DNA of 64,000 nucleotides from Amphiscolops sp. MND2022 (taxonomy: Eukaryota): contig OZ076409.1 in the NCBI GenBank assembly GCA_964187785.1, positions 59,460,001-59,524,000 on the forward strand, in the 5' to 3' direction. Of the stretch, positions 35,609 through 50,135 are shown one piece after another. The position numbers were made by a program, and so were the translations under genes. Below the pieces are notes generated by a model. That model searched no databases. It was given only the letters and a program-made list of their open reading frames with translations, and was not told where the DNA came from. Position 1 is the first letter of the stretch, and each line of letters begins with the position of its first letter.

Positions 35609-38600
35609 TGTGATGGTGTTGTAAACTAATCAAATTAATTATTAGTAAACAATACGCCAATTAGCTCAAATACCAGCAAAAGTGAAACCGTGAGAAAATG
35701 TCATTCACACTTAGTTCTTAAGTTCTTAGCTCTTATTAATACGTTATTAACAATCTGCCAATTCAAGTATTCTTGCCATTACTGTTTCTATTGCCAATAT
35801 TCAAGACGACTATACCATGGCGCTGCACTTGAATGGACCGGATGATTCTGCTTCCGCTCCTCTTCCGGGACTACATTACTGCTGGCGAGACGCCGAAAAA
35901 TCTCCTTCGACCGACTGCAGCCAGTGGATAGAGTCGTTTGAATTAGCCTCATTTCAGCTAATCTTCAGAGATTACAAAAACAACGACGGAGCAAGACACA
36001 CAAATACCTGCTTTATTGAGAAATTAGTCAAGAGATAGTCAGCCTGTTATACCTAGCAATTGTCAAAACGGGCAGGAAAGTGTTGATGGATAAATGTTAA
36101 AACGAATATATTCACAATTGAATTGAAGGACTTATTTGAACAAAGCCAGAATTGCTTCAATTAATGGCGAAACCGAAAGTTGGATAAACATGCCTTTTTG
36201 TCCCGAAAACTGTTACCATCTGAATCTCTCCACCAATTCAGGAATGTGCTAAACGGTTCTGGCTGCGAAATGTGACATTGGGGACCAAACGCGAGGACTC
36301 GTCCACGAAATATTTGTCTCGAAAACGTCGAACGAATAAGTTCATAAGAAATTATGCTTGGAGTCCAAGGAAGATCTAGCGGACGGACTACATTTGGCAA
36401 TTGCTTTGAGGAAGGTCAACGACGACAAAGAATAATTAGACAACCGGGTACGTCGACAAATAACGAAAAAGCCTGTATATGCCGTAACAATCACGAACAC
36501 AAAGAGAAAAATATCACAGCGGCTCATCTAAAAAATTTTAGAGTCTTGGACACCATCTCTAACTTCTGCGATTTGAAAGGTCATTTCGACAAATGTTTCA
36601 ATTCTGAGCAAAAAGACAATTGGAGAAGAAAAGTGAATCTCAAGCAAATTGACAAAACAGACAAAAAAACAACTTGTAGAAGACTTCACCGTGTGGAATA
36701 CTACGGCGAAGACAAAGACACGGAAGAAGAGATAATGGTGCTGAACGTGAAAAACAAACACAAAAGATAACAATACAAAACCTTACTAAATGGAAGGCCT
36801 GATATAAACGGTTTCAAGTTCAAAACAATGATTGACACATTCTCGCCTGTTACAATCTTCGCTTTAAAGGAGAAAAAAATAATGCAGTGAAAGGACTAGC
36901 AAGTGAGCAGAATAATAGCAGGAGAAAAGTACGTTTATTACAACGAGAAGCCATTAGACCTATTGGATTAGGTCTTATGCTAGCTACAAGGGGGCGACAA
37001 ATACAACAACAAACCAAGTACTCTCATTTCGAAAAGTGGAACCATAGCCAATACCGGGAGAGAATTGGTATCGACCCCGAAGATTTGAGTGGTTCATTCA
37101 TCAGTGGGTGAGTCAGATATTAAAGTAGTTGAGGAAAAGTTAAGGATAGAGACAAAAAGGTACAAGAAAAAAATATCCAAACCTGTTTCCAAGAAGTGGT
37201 AAGGTAAAACCTTACAGTAAAAGTCCGAAAAAAATATGGGGCATAAGTAACACAGAAAAAGTTCAAATGCAAAACATCGTAGGTAACGAAACTTCAAAAC
37301 TTTTTGAAAAAAGGTGATTTTTTAGTTTTTATCCAGCCGACAGTCATAACGGTGAACAAAGATCGTTCAACGGCAATTGCGCTAGAAGCAAGAGCATTAA
37401 ATGAAACAATAGACAAAGACAAGTACGGGATGCCAAGTTTAGAAAACTTAAAGGAACTGTTCGCTAAAAAAATTGATTTGAAAGAAAGCGAAGTATTGTA
37501 CTCCATTGGATTTGACATACGCGTACGCAAAAGTTCCATTTGATGCCTTAACAGCCAATTATTGTAATATTCAAATCACCGGGGTTTGAGGATACAGATT
37601 GGTAAATGGTATTTTTTGTCTGACAGTTATGCTGACAGAGTTTCAGAGAATATTGGATAACCTATTACTTAAACTCAGAGAAGTGTTTGTTTTTATCGAC
37701 GGTATTTTGATAGTAACTAAGGGAACAAAGCAGCAACATATGACATAAGTGCGGGAAAGAATTAAAATGCTTGATTCGGCAAATCTGTCATTAAAGTCAG
37801 AAATGTGTAAATCCGCGGAAGAGCAAACTGAGTGGCTTGGTTTCAAACTCACAGATACGGGAGTTTTGCAAAAAAAACAACAAAGTGCAAGGAATCACGG
37901 AAAGACTGAGACAATCTAATTTGAACAAATTGAGATTGTATCTAGGTGCAGTAAATCAACTGAGTAGTTTTACTCCTGGACTATCGGCGGCATGCTATCA
38001 TTCACGGGACTTATGCGCAAAAACGAGAATGAAATTAAGAATGGACGAGCGAGCATGAGAAAGCATTTGAAAGTGCAAATAACGAGGTGAAAAAAGTGGC
38101 AGAGTTAGTGCATTTCAAAAAATATATCCTTGGGAACAATCTATTATGCTAATAAGCAAAAATTATGCGCGGAATTACCACAGGAGGAGAACAAACGCTG
38201 GGAACCAATTGCCTACGCATCCAGATTTTTCACCAATTTTGAAGCGAAATATTCGACAAACGAATGGGATTTATTAGATGTAGTGTGGTCAATAGAATAT
38301 TTTAAAAACTACGTGTATGGAAATGATTTCGAAATCCAACTAAAAAGTGTCATAAAAGCTTGTAAATTGAATACGTTTTCTCCAGTCGTCTAACAAGTTG
38401 AGTAGACGAACGTTTACCGTTTGAAATTTTAGTTGTACATACACCAGGAAGAACATTGGGGATAGCCATTTACCCATCTAGACATCTTTCGCTAGATGGA
38501 GGGGCAAATTAGTGAATCAGAACAAATAATAATTGATTGGTTCACCATACACATAGATAAAGAGTTTACAAATGATCTAAACGGAACGTATAGATTAAAA

Positions 38601-40959
38601 TGAGAACAACCAATGAGAACCTTGAACAAGTGCGGCAAGGAATCAGAAGCGACTAGATGCGCCAGTGAGACGCCAAATCATATTAACAGCAAATGGGACA
38701 AAGTAGAGAGCAAATCATGCAGAATACCAAACAGGGCGGAAAGTTGTGTTAAAAAAGTCAGTCGCGAGTGAGCAAAATTTATAGTCGATTATGAGAGATC
38801 GCCACGTTCAAAAAATGATAAAGTTGTTCCGATATAGAGATTCCGCACAAATGTTCGCCTTCCTCCTCCATAGAGTAAAAAATTATTACCTGTAGCCTTG
38901 GACGACAATAATCTATTTTATGTAGACAAACGTTTAGTTATTCCAAAAGACAAGCGTGACAGCATGTTAACAGTAATACATTTTGGATATGTGGGCAGAG
39001 ATGCCATGTTGAGAGAAGCTGATGGTGTATAGTGGCCAAGATTACATAGAGAGATCGTCGAAAGAGCAAATTATTGTGCGCAATGTTGTGCCAGAGATAG
39101 GAAATCGAAAGGCTTAAAGACCAAAAAAAATTCGGAAAACTACCAGTGGCGGAAACCCTAAATGATAAACTTTCGGTAGATTTTGCAGGCCCATTTCGAA
39201 ACATTGCAAACGGAAACGAATATATGTTCGTGTTTGTAGATAACCATTCCGGAAGGCTGAAAGCTCTATTTTTATAATGTCGGACAGCGAATAAGATATT
39301 AGACTTTTGAAACGAGTACATTGCACAACATGGAATACCCAAAAGAATAAGAACGGATCCGGGATCAGCGTTTAAGAGCGGAAAGTTTGAAAACAACTTG
39401 CAAAGATAGTTATTTAAAACATGTTGTTTGTCCGGTAAGGGACCATAGGGGAAATGGGAAAGTTGAACGCATGATTAGAACGATGAACGAAAGTTTGAGA
39501 ACAGACAAAAAGATAGTTCTGGAAAAAAATACAGAGCTTTTCAGAATCTTATGATCCCTGCAAACAGAAATTGGGAAAGGTGGGCAATCGGCACTTGAGC
39601 GACACAAAAAACTGAAACCAAATACTCCTCAGGCGATAAAGGTAAATGAAATTGTTTCAAGAAATGATTCCAAGCTGCAGACACAAGAAGATGATTTTAG
39701 TCTAGACGTTGACTCGACTGTAACTCTAGGGGACCTTCGCCAAGAAAAGCGAAGATTGTGAAAGAAACAAAGAACACAATCACCATCCTGCTCGACAATG
39801 GGAAAGAAGTAATCGTGCTAAAATGAAGCAAAAAAAGTGAAGGACGTATCGCAAGATGAAGCAAATGGTCATTCAAAGAGGAACAAGCAGAAACAATGAA
39901 AGTGGCAAAAAAGGAAAAAGCAAAAAGAGCCAAATTCGCCAAAGAGTAGAAATGAGACGGAAATGAAGAAGAAGAGAACCGTGCACATTGAAACATCATC
40001 GGGTACCCAATCGGGAGAAAACCGGACGAGGACAAAGAAGAACATCGAGGGAAATGGTAGAGGAGTCAGAAACGACAAAGAGTGAGGAGGAGGGTGAAAA
40101 CAAAAGAATGAAATCCAGAGTGAAATAAAAAACAAGCCGGGACCGGCCCAAGTCGGCGCCATATCCAAGGCTTAAAAATAGCAAAAAGGCTTCCAAGTGT
40201 CAAGTATTCTCTTTTACAGTACTCGAAAATCGAATTTTTTTTACATACTCAATTAAATTACATACTCAAAAAATGGACCGAGTGGCGCGTGGAAAAACCT
40301 TTTTGGTTCAGTTCGCTAGGCCAATTAGTGCAATTTGGTGCAATAATCATTTGTGGAACTTTTAAGAACTATTTTGGTCAGTTCGTGTGGATTGAAATAA
40401 AAGAGTCACTATAGTAGTCGCGTTTCACTTCATGAAGCGCCAACTAACAAGAAGGAAGTCAGAGAAAAGAAACGATACCAATCGAGTCAGTTTCAATTCG
40501 TGGAAATGTCGAAATTGAAGAGAAAAAGAGCACACAAGATCGAGACGAAAAAGTAAGAAACCACAATGGCTAGGCCATAACATGATGATTAGCACCCTAA
40601 AAGAAAAAAGTTGCCTGAAGCCTGAAAACAAAATATTTTACAGTGCTAAACTTTTTAGTTGTTGAAATTTGCAAAGTTTGTGTTGATGCATTTATTGACT
40701 TAACCTTGCTGAGTATGATGTTATTATTTTTCCTGTTATCCCTTGCAGTTATCCTTATCAAATAAAAGAGGGAATGTGACAGCGTTGTAAACTAATCATA
40801 CTGAATTTTAGTAAACCATACGCCATTTAGCTAAAGTACTAGCAAACGTGAAGCTGTTAGAAAATATCATTCACACTTAGTTCACACGGTATTAACAATC
40901 TGCCATTTCGAGTATTCTTGCCAATAATGTTTCTATTGCCAATATTCAAGACTATAACA
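35609..40959 (+). mobile_element. Full-length but decayed Ty3/Gypsy LTR retrotransposon inside a host intron
   Basis: LTRs 35609-35817 and 40775-40959 (TG...CA, visibly diverged); PBS TGGCGCTGCAC at 35818; PPT AAAAGAGGGAA at 40764-40774; domain order gag knuckle, protease MIDTFSP, RT (ALEARALN, FIDGIL), RNase H (PIAYASR), integrase (VDFAGPF, RTDPG, NGKVER). Confidence 0.92.
40131..40447 (-). mobile_element. DINE-1/Helentron-like element inserted in the Gypsy 3' region
   Basis: AACAAGCCGGGACCGGCCCAAGTCGGCGCC end and terminal hairpin; sits in an A-run with no TSD. Confidence 0.75.
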
Positions 40960-42103
40960 CCCTAGTTTTGATTTGACCGGTTTTGAAAACAAAACATCAG
41001 CAGAACCAGTTGCTATGGATGGCTCAATTTCAAACTTTTCATAATGTATTTTTCGCCAGTGCGTTATTTAAATTCCTCATGAACATCAGAGCCGTGTGTG
41101 AATTGTCTGTTCACTCAAAGAAAAATGTTTTAGCCTTTTCTAAACCACGTATCTGAAAGTAATATCTGGTTATCTTCTGGTTTCTTTTTTTCTGGTTTTT
41201 TTCTGGTTATCTTCTCCCTCAAGTCAAACCTAAATCGACAAAAATTATGTGGTTGCAATATGTTGTTTACATTATAGCATCCTCGCTTCATTTTGAATAC
41301 TTTCGGAACTATTTAACATTACTACAATTGGATATCAAGACGTTGTCGAATGCAAGCATTTTGTTTTTGTAATCATCGACACGGAGCTTCTTCCTGAATT
41401 GCACTCTTAATTACTATAATTTTTCATGGAATATGACACGGTTGGATTTTCACATGAAATTATCGTATGGAGCCATAACATTGTATGGAAACGCATGTAT
41501 CGTTATACATGGGTAGCTTTATCAAAATTTCGACATCACGTAATTCTCCACGTGTTACAATTTTACTTCAAGAATGAAAATTTTTCATGAGGTTTCATCC
41601 TCTTTTAGGACAAATGGTTTTTCAAAAGAAACACGTGTTAAGAAAAGATGTTTTTCCAACAAAGAGGAAAACTTTAAATTTTTTATTTAGACTAGAGGCT
41701 CCATTTAAGTGGTTCCACTTAATAATTAAAGAGCCGCCAGTGACACTTCAGGATTTCAGTACAGGACATTTAAAGCGACGGTCATGAATTAAGTTTCCAA
41801 GACAACGAATGTGCATACTTTCGCTTTGCCATAACTTCGTAGAAAATTTTTTACGGCCCTCTCAGTTTCGCACAACTTAATCTACGCCGTGTTAAAATAT
41901 GTTTTCCCATACGTCATTGGAAAAACGCTGTGACTGAACTTTTGCCCCAGTAACTTTTACATTGCCCGAGTCATAGGCTGGTGAAAAAAAAACAATTGGT
42001 TTTCTTATAACGTCATTGGCAAAAAACCGACTGAGCTGAAAAAACATCTTGAAGGCATTTATTCTTCCGATCACTGCTTGTGTGTCCCATGGTTTCCTTG
42101 GAC

Positions 42104-42232
42104 GTGAAGTTCATACACTGTTTCCATATACGGAAGTTAGTTGAAGTAGAAAAAAATTTAAAGTCTTAAGACTCTAAATTTTTTTTTTACTTCAACCAAC
42201 TTCCGTATATGAAAACAGTGTATGAACTTCAC
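42104..42232. repeat. Near-perfect 129-bp palindrome centred on CTTAAG
   Basis: GTGAAGTTCATACACTGTTT... / ...AAACAGTGTATGAACTTCAC. Confidence 0.92.
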
Positions 42233-42264
42233 TTTATTTGAAAAATTGTAATTAATTTAGTGAT

Positions 42265-42462
42265 TTTAGATCTTATTCCCGTCCTGATATTTTAGATCTT
42301 ATTCCCGTCCTTATATTTTAGATCTTATTCCCCCTCCCCTTAAGAATACCGGCAGGGGAATAAGATCTAAAGAATAAGATGAAAAATTTTGAGATGATCA
42401 ACTTTGAAAAGGGGAAAAAGATCTAAAATTTAGGGATGGGAATAAGATCTAAAATTTAGGGA
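42265..42462. repeat. Small fold-back element of TAGATCTTATTCCC units
   Basis: Three direct units followed by inverted GGGAATAAGATCTA units. Confidence 0.8.
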
Positions 42463-43184
42463 TGCAAAGTTTTCTGATGCAAAATTAATGTCACAATGAA
42501 ACAACATTACTAGTATAACAGAGGGCGGAATTTCCGAAAATCGTGTTTTCCAGCCGAAAACATCTTTTTTGGCCAAAAATTGGTTTTCCTAGATCTAAAT
42601 AATGCTAAAGCGGTGCCGGTGTTGCAGAGGAACCGTTCATATCAATGAAACAATCTGAAATGAACTCGGGATATTCAAAAATTTAACTTTTTTCACCAAA
42701 TTCGAATTTTTCAAAAAAAATTGATATTTTCATCATCAAAAGTGACAAAAAGTGGTGATTTGCGAACCATTCGAACATAAATGTTCAAAAAAGCCTCTAA
42801 TAATTATTTTTTCAAGTGTTCCAAAAGTTTTCACGAAGTACCTTATTGAAAAAAATTTCAAAAAATTTGAACTTTCAACCAATCAAAACAGCTGATTTTG
42901 ATATTCCGCTCTCAAAGTAGTTCCCTAAAAATACAGTGTAGAACTTCATTTAAAAATTGATTTTCTTTTTCCAAACCCGAGAAGTTGAAAATAATGTGTT
43001 TTTCAACAGTAAGCATACAAAAAACTTTTTAAACCAAAGAAAATTCCATGATACGAATTTGTTTGCCACACTGGCAATTTGTTTACCTCTCTTTGTAGCG
43101 CCTGTGCTTACAAAATTAGACGCTTTGCCCACAAAAACCTTCAAAATTTCGCGGGTTATTTGTGTTTAATTTCTTCGATGCTGC

Positions 43185-44873
43185 TGTCGCAAGCTGCCGC
43201 TTGTGACGGCGGTAACCTGTATCAAATAATTGCGGAGGGTTACGAGCACCTACCAGCACCTGGAGTTCTACCTGTCTAGAACAAACCCCAACATAACCAC
43301 CTGACGTTTATCTTACTGAATTCAAGTTCAAAACATGAAATTGAGATGAATTTCAATTGTAATATACATTACTTTAACATTTGCAAATTTTGACCCAAGG
43401 TCAAAATGACTGCATACCAAAAGTCCCAATATCTCGATGTTAATGGTTACATTAAAGATTGTATTGACCATGATACGTATAAGTACTCAAGATATTAATA
43501 CACTTTTGTGCTTTGGTGTTGTAAAGCTTAATGAATGAATTTAGTTGCTGTACGTATAGCCTAAACGGCACATTTAATTACTGAATTAGAAACGCGTTCG
43601 ACCTGTACAGCTATGCAGATCGGTTGACACGTGGTCATTCTAACAAATCGTTATTACTGATACTGGACCAATTTGTTATTGCAGTTAATAGGACACTACG
43701 TCCACTTCAAATTGTATTTGTATTAATGACCAATTGATGCAGTTACTTTGACACCCAGTCAAATACCAACCTTGTAGTATATGTATTTATTGCATGTAGC
43801 GATGCCATTCAGCTTTAACATGAAATTAGAATACTTCAAAATGCAAAGTTGATGCGCAGGCTTGCCGCCTGGTCAACTATTGTGCCTTTGATGTAATTTT
43901 GATTATTATTACGTCATGATGATGAAACCTTGATGGGGCTGTTTTAGTGACATATTGTTCTATATTTAGTAGCATGACACTCACAATTTCGCCTGTCACC
44001 CCAATCAGACTATACATAGGAGCCGACTCGAGGTCGAGACACAGAACTTTTAATGCGAATCTCACAACCACAACGAAACTGATACCGCAAATATCGACTC
44101 TCTGTCAAAACTGATCACTTCATTGCTAGCACTATTTGTATACTCTATAATCTCGTTTCATTTCATCAAGTTTGGTACAAGATAATACGAGGATAATTCA
44201 TTTCTTCAGTCTAAACAATTCTTTGATATGCCTTCAACTAGGAAGCAGAAATCAAGAGAAAAGCGTTCGAGACATTCTGACATAATGTCAGACATGGAAA
44301 CCTAGATGTAATGTTAGGGAATTATCAGAGGGATAATAGTGAAACTCAAAATGAAAATGATGACGGGGAACTGGCCCCAGGGTCAAGTAGACGTGAAGAA
44401 AGATCAAACCAAAACGAAAACGTTTATAGGTCTTACTTGAATACTAATTTGAGTGAGAATAGTTGTTTGACTGTAGAAACAAGTAAAGCAATTAGTTCAG
44501 AAATTTCATCACAAATGGAAAATGGAAATTTGAGGAAATGCAATCTTGTCTAAATTCTCAGATATTAGACGTTGTAAACACTGCAATTGAGACCAGGGTG
44601 TTGCCCAGCGTCGAAAACGTCGTTGAGAGACAAAATTCAGCTAGAAACGCAAACTTGGACCTTCGGTCAGATGGACCGCATCATAGTAGTGCGGCCCAGG
44701 AAAATTCTCAAAAGGACCTTCTGTCAATCTAATCCAGACACTACAAAATAAATCGGCCCAGGATGCTCAGAATGAGTTTTCAAGACTAGTATCGATTAAA
44801 AGTAGCCAAATAAATCACTGTAGAGAAGATTCAGTGGATTCCCAACAAAGTGATGAAGACTTTGGTTACGACA
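43185..44873 (+). mobile_element. Solo LTR (1,689 bp) with 5-bp TSD GCTGC, containing a long decayed ORF
   Basis: Termini TGTCG...CGACA; GCTGC at 43180-43184 and 44874-44878; frame from ATG 44228 (MPSTRKQKSREKRSRHSDIMSD...) continues through frameshifts to the terminus. Confidence 0.85.
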
Positions 44874-45799
44874 GCTGCTCTGAAAACCCGCCAAATTGTA
44901 GAGAAATCTTGATAAATACCTGAAAAATTAGTGACAGCATAAAATATTGAGCATGAAAACGTCTCTTATCAGCTCCAAAAAACCTAATAAATTAGCCTTG
45001 CAACCTATAAAAGCATGTAAAACTTTTGAGCACTTTCAACTAGGGTTATAATGATTTTCAAATAAATTAATTTTTCTGGAAACTGTGTTTGAGAGCACAG
45101 TTTTTTTGCCATCATCAAAACTCCAAAAACTTTTAGAAAATCGCAATTTTCACTTTTACTGGATTTTTTGGTTGCCATCCAGAACGATTATGCTTAGGAT
45201 CAATCGAGTGGAAATTCTAAAGGGCCCCCTTTCAGTTTTTTCGGCATTGTGAGACTTTTTTCAAAACAAAACGCCCGCTGAGCAGCGGGATATTTTCCGC
45301 CCCGAACTGTTCTACAACTACATAAGTTTGAGGCTCAATTTTTCAGTTTACCAAAATTTTCCAATCTCAAAAAAAATTCACTGAAAATGTCAGAATTCGA
45401 CGAAAATTTTCAAGCTTTCGACTTTTTACGGTCTCTTTTCAGCCATTTTCCAACCAAAATCTGCAAATATTCCCCTGAAAGCCTAATTGAATATGAGTTC
45501 AGTCTTTGTTGAACGTTTGCTGACATTCTGACACCAAAACGATTCAAAAAGTACACAAGTTGCACAAAAATAAAGTTGAAATTTTTCGACTCCTTTGGAG
45601 TCATTCTGAAGTGTTTGTGAAGCAAAACACTGTAATATTCTCTTCAAGAAAATATTGCATAGCTCGTTTTTTTTGTTGTTGAGTGGATTGCGGAGCTTAG
45701 AACAAAATCTTTCGAAAAATCTACAGTAATTGCATCAAAAACGACAAAAACTTCGAAATTTTGACATCTCAGGTCAATTTGAGGCCCTTTTCTTTTACG

Positions 45800-46800
45800 A
45801 ATTGAACTTATCTCGTAACGAAAGCTCACCAAAACAACAAGTTTGCCCACGCCTCAAGCGTTTAAACACTGTAGTCCACGAAGTTTATCGATAGTTTGAC
45901 AAAAAGTGAAAAAAGGAATGTGATATTTTTTCGAAATTTTGTCTTTTTCGATGTCGATTCCGGACAATTTCCTATTGAAAACTGCATTCATCTCTTTTCT
46001 AAGCATACTGGACAACACTTATTTTACTTGTTGACCCTTTTCAACAATCCATTTGGCGAAGTCTGTCAAAAATTTGGAAAAAGTGCTTAAAATCTTTGAA
46101 AATTGGAAACTTTTGGGATTTTTGTCATTTTCGGTGTCAATTTGAGACATTTTCAATCAGAACATTGCAATTATCTCTTCATTAAAGACTACGGGACGTA
46201 CCAATTTGTTTATTGTTGACCTTTTGAAACATTCCAATCCACGAAGTCTGTGAAACTTTAACAAAAAATGCATAAAACTTTACTTTGAAAATTGGAAAAT
46301 TTTGTTGTTTTTTGTCAATTTCGGTGTCAATTTGAGACATTTTCATTTAGAAAAAAAACAATAAACTCTTAAAAAGGGGTACTGGACAACCAACGTTTTC
46401 CTTGTTGACCCCTTAAAACATTCCATTCCACGAAGTCTCCAAAAGTTGACGAAAAATGCGTAGAAACATTGAAAAGTGGAAAATTTAGGGACTTTTGTCA
46501 TTTTCGGTGTCAATTTGAGACTTTTTCAAATAAAAAACAGCCATTATCTCTTCGGAAACGCCTACTGGACAACAAACTTGTACCATGTTGATCGTTTTCA
46601 ACATTTTAGTCCGCGAATTCTATCGAAAATTTGACAAAAATTGCTTAAAAACGTAAAAAATCTGGAACTTTTTGGTTTTCTTTGTCATTTTTGAGTCTTT
46701 TTCTTTCCAAAACACCGCATTTATCTCTTCATAAACGAATACTGGACATTTATTCGACATTTACACGACATTTATAGGAAACTCGACAAAAATTGCATTA
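45800..46800. repeat. Diverged tandem array, ~185-bp unit, about 5 copies
   Basis: TTGTCATTTTCGGTGTCAATTTGAGAC recurs at ~46122, 46312 and 46495, with weaker copies at ~45939 and 46682. Confidence 0.85.
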
Positions 46801-47659
46801 AAACGTAAAAAAATGCAAATTTTCTTTTTTTGGGGGTCATTTTTGAGTTATTTTGGGGTCATTCTGGGGTCCTTGGGGTCAACTAAAAAAAGTCCGGAAA
46901 TCTCCACAAATACAAATCGCACGAAGCAAAATTTATGTGAGCTGAATTCTATGGGTGAAACCCTTTAGCTTTGATATAAATAAATTCTTGGCAAACTTTG
47001 TAAAAAAAAACCCGTTCGATTTAAATATTTTCCTTTCCCATATGGAATATGGGCGGAAAATAACAAATTTCATCAAAGGGTCCCTAATTCACCAATACTT
47101 TGGCAGTCAAGTGTTTCTATTAGTTTCTTCGAGGTCTTTCGCACCACGGGCGCCTACGTTTGAAAAGCTATTTTTTGACTTTGAATAGATATATCTTCTA
47201 TTCTAGGATTTGCGACGTGACTCAATCGGCAGCCGGTGTATTTCACTTATCACTTTCATTTCTCCTTTGACCAGGAAAACATTATTCATAAGCATCCGAA
47301 TTGCATACAATAACATTAATTATCTAAACACAGTTATTCAAACAGGGTGCATTTGTTCAGGATAGGACAGGTTATGTATATCATCAAAGTTCTGTCTCCG
47401 GGAGTCGGTTCAGCACTTTAGGCTGATAAATTCACAGAACTCATAATTGGCACGGTACCGTATTAAAAACGAGTTTAGAAAGATATTTTCGTAAAAGCCT
47501 CATCTAGGACTGATCGCTTTGATGATTATCGTAGAAAATTGTGTTATGATCAGTATTATCTACGTATAATCAAAGTTTTGCTTGGCATTTTTATTCAGGC
47601 TCTGAAAGGATGCCCCTCATTGATCAATTGACCTTTAACGTTTGACCTTTGTTTGGCAG

Positions 47660-47818
47660 GTCTTGCCCCGGGGAACACGCGTGCGAGCAGCCAGTCTATC
47701 TACACTGAGTTTGTGCCTCGCTCCAAGAGCACGCAACAGTCTGTGTTTGAAGAAGACGACAAGGTCGAGTTCACTGGCGAGATCGACTTCAGACACCACG
47801 AGGAGATCTACCAGAGAG
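47660..47818 (+). CDS. Host gene exon 7 (LAPGNTRASSQSIYTEF...HHEEIYQR)
   Basis: TTTGTTTGGCAG acceptor, GC-richer composition, GAG|GTTCAA donor, phase 1-1. Confidence 0.72.
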
Positions 47819-48675
47819 GTTCAAACATACCATTCTAGACATTTATAACCCCTCTACAACCATAGTTTGTTATTCAAATCCATTCAATGAATTTAGGAGT
47901 CGGAAAATATTTTCGACTACTTATGCAATCGTGAGGTTTTTCCCCGACCTTCCAGTGAAAATTTCGAGTTTATCGAAAACTATCCATACGGTTCGAACGA
48001 AATTTTTCAGTCATTCTACACCATATTTGGGTCCTGTATGTGCAATGGCATCAAATTTATATGGCTGGGATCTGAGAAACAGCCAAAATTAGTCCAAAAT
48101 TGGTCAAAAAGGGCCATTTTTTGGACTTTTCCATTTTTCTCATAAACTGAGGAACAGAGCGTAAATTAGTCAAAAAGTTTCCAAACGACAAAGTACGTAC
48201 TTTGTTTTTCAATATTTCAATCCGTTTCCGACTCCTTTACCGCTCATGCGGCTCTCACTATAAATGAAGCTATTTTCGGATATTAAGAAAAGCTTTTTTG
48301 TTTCCAACTTACTTTTCAGGTTACTGAGTGTTTACTTCTGTTTCTAGCAGAAATCAACATTACGACGCCAATCGGGGAAAAACAGTGACTGCAACAAATC
48401 TGTTGTAGTCTTATGTGGATTCTTCAACTGCATTATAATTCATGCGTTTCAAGAATTGAGAAAAGTGGAGTGAAATAATTTTCTGCATTCTTGCACTAAT
48501 ACCGTGTGTAACCTGCGGAGAATCACCAAAAGCAAAATTTCACTGGTTTCCTGAATTCTTGAAATTGTGTGGATTCTTCACTAAGCAATTATTAGCTATT
48601 ATTAGTTTGCGAGAATTCTTCACAAATTGAATCAACTGTTAACTTCTAAAACTAGAAAAATGTTTTTAACGTACG

Positions 48676-49674
48676 CCCGGGTCGACCCTCCATGGATACC
48701 TTAGTAAGATCTTGGCATGATCTTGGACAAATCTTAGCTAAGATCTTGCCAAGATTTTGCCAAGAATTGCAAGATGTCATGGTAAGATCTTATCAAGAGA
48801 GCCATGTTCCAAAGGAAAATTTCATTGGAAAATCCTATTTGGGCAGAAAAAATCTGAAAGTAAGTCAACAAAAATATACATCTATGCAGATTTACATCGC
48901 TAGACATAACAATTTTTTGTTAGAAAGGTATAAAATTTCATTGAAGAGTGCTTATGCTGTATACTTGGGGAGGCACTGATTAAATTGTTCTATCAATAGC
49001 AAAACCGTCGCCAATAACAGCGGCAGAAAAGCCTCGAGCTGAATCATTGCTCAAAACGGGGCAATGACAGCCGTTTCCAGCAGTAATAGGACTGTTGAAC
49101 CAGGCTCAAAAAAAGCTGGAGATAAAAATTTGAAAAACTTTCCGGATTTCTAATAATTCCCTGTTTAACTTTTCGATAGTGGCTCTGGACGTTTAGGAGC
49201 ATTTTTCTCCCTGTCTGGAATCGACATGAGTGGTACGTTACAAGTTTTCAAAAGTCCCTAAAACGAGCTTCCATTTGGTACGTTCGCATTTTTCGGTCTT
49301 AATTAGGTGAGGAGTTATTAGGATTCTCGTCAAAATTTTAAGCCAGAATACGTTATCGAAATTTTTCGCACATTTTTGCATGCAAATTTATTTCAGCGGG
49401 TTGAAGCATTTTGATTAAGAAAACGAGTAGAAATAGTCTTTTTGGGTGAAATATGCCTTTAGATAGAGTCTCGGCTGCTTGTACCAAAGGTATAGTGTTT
49501 TTTATAATCTTAGAATTTTGTCCATCGTGATAAGATACGATCTTGGAATAATGTATTATCTTAGTAAGATCTTATTAAGGATCTGGCCATAGGTTCCATG
49601 GTTGCCAAGATGTAGTAAGAATTTGCAAGATCTTGCCAAGACAGCCAAGATGCTAGTAAGAGGGTCAACCCGGG
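48676..49674. mobile_element. EnSpm/CACTA-like family A, full copy in opposite orientation
   Basis: CCCGGGTCGAC...GTCAACCCGGG with 2-bp TSD CG. Confidence 0.8.
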
Positions 49675-50135
49675 CGTTTTCTATACGTAATTATTTTGTC
49701 AAAGCCCTTCAAATTACAGTTCACGGCCAGATCGAATTACTTCAAATTAAGCATTAGACTCACAGAATTTATTTTGGAAACAGTTTAAGGAGAAAAACCA
49801 TTTCAGGAATCAGAGTGTTTCCTACTTTTCGAGAACTTTCCGGGTTAATAAGGCCTTCGAGTCAGATGATGCACCAAAGACCTACTTCCCGTACCATAAC
49901 ACAAAAAATCAGAACTTTTTCGAATGTCCCTTTAATGGATATATTACATTTCAGCACTATGACGTTTATCAGTTCATTCTGAATAGTTGACCCTGAGCAT
50001 GTTTTATGAGACTTTGCTCTTTCTGAAATTCATGTTGGGCTCCAATTTAGGCCGTTCCTTGTTTCTAATTATCAAAAAGAACTGCAGAAAAAATTGAAAC
50101 AATTGTTAAAAATATGAAAATGTGAAACGAATTAA

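Noticed and set aside
35604..40964. TSD for the Gypsy element
   Set aside because: Flanks GATAT and CCCTA do not match; the element is old or recombinant.
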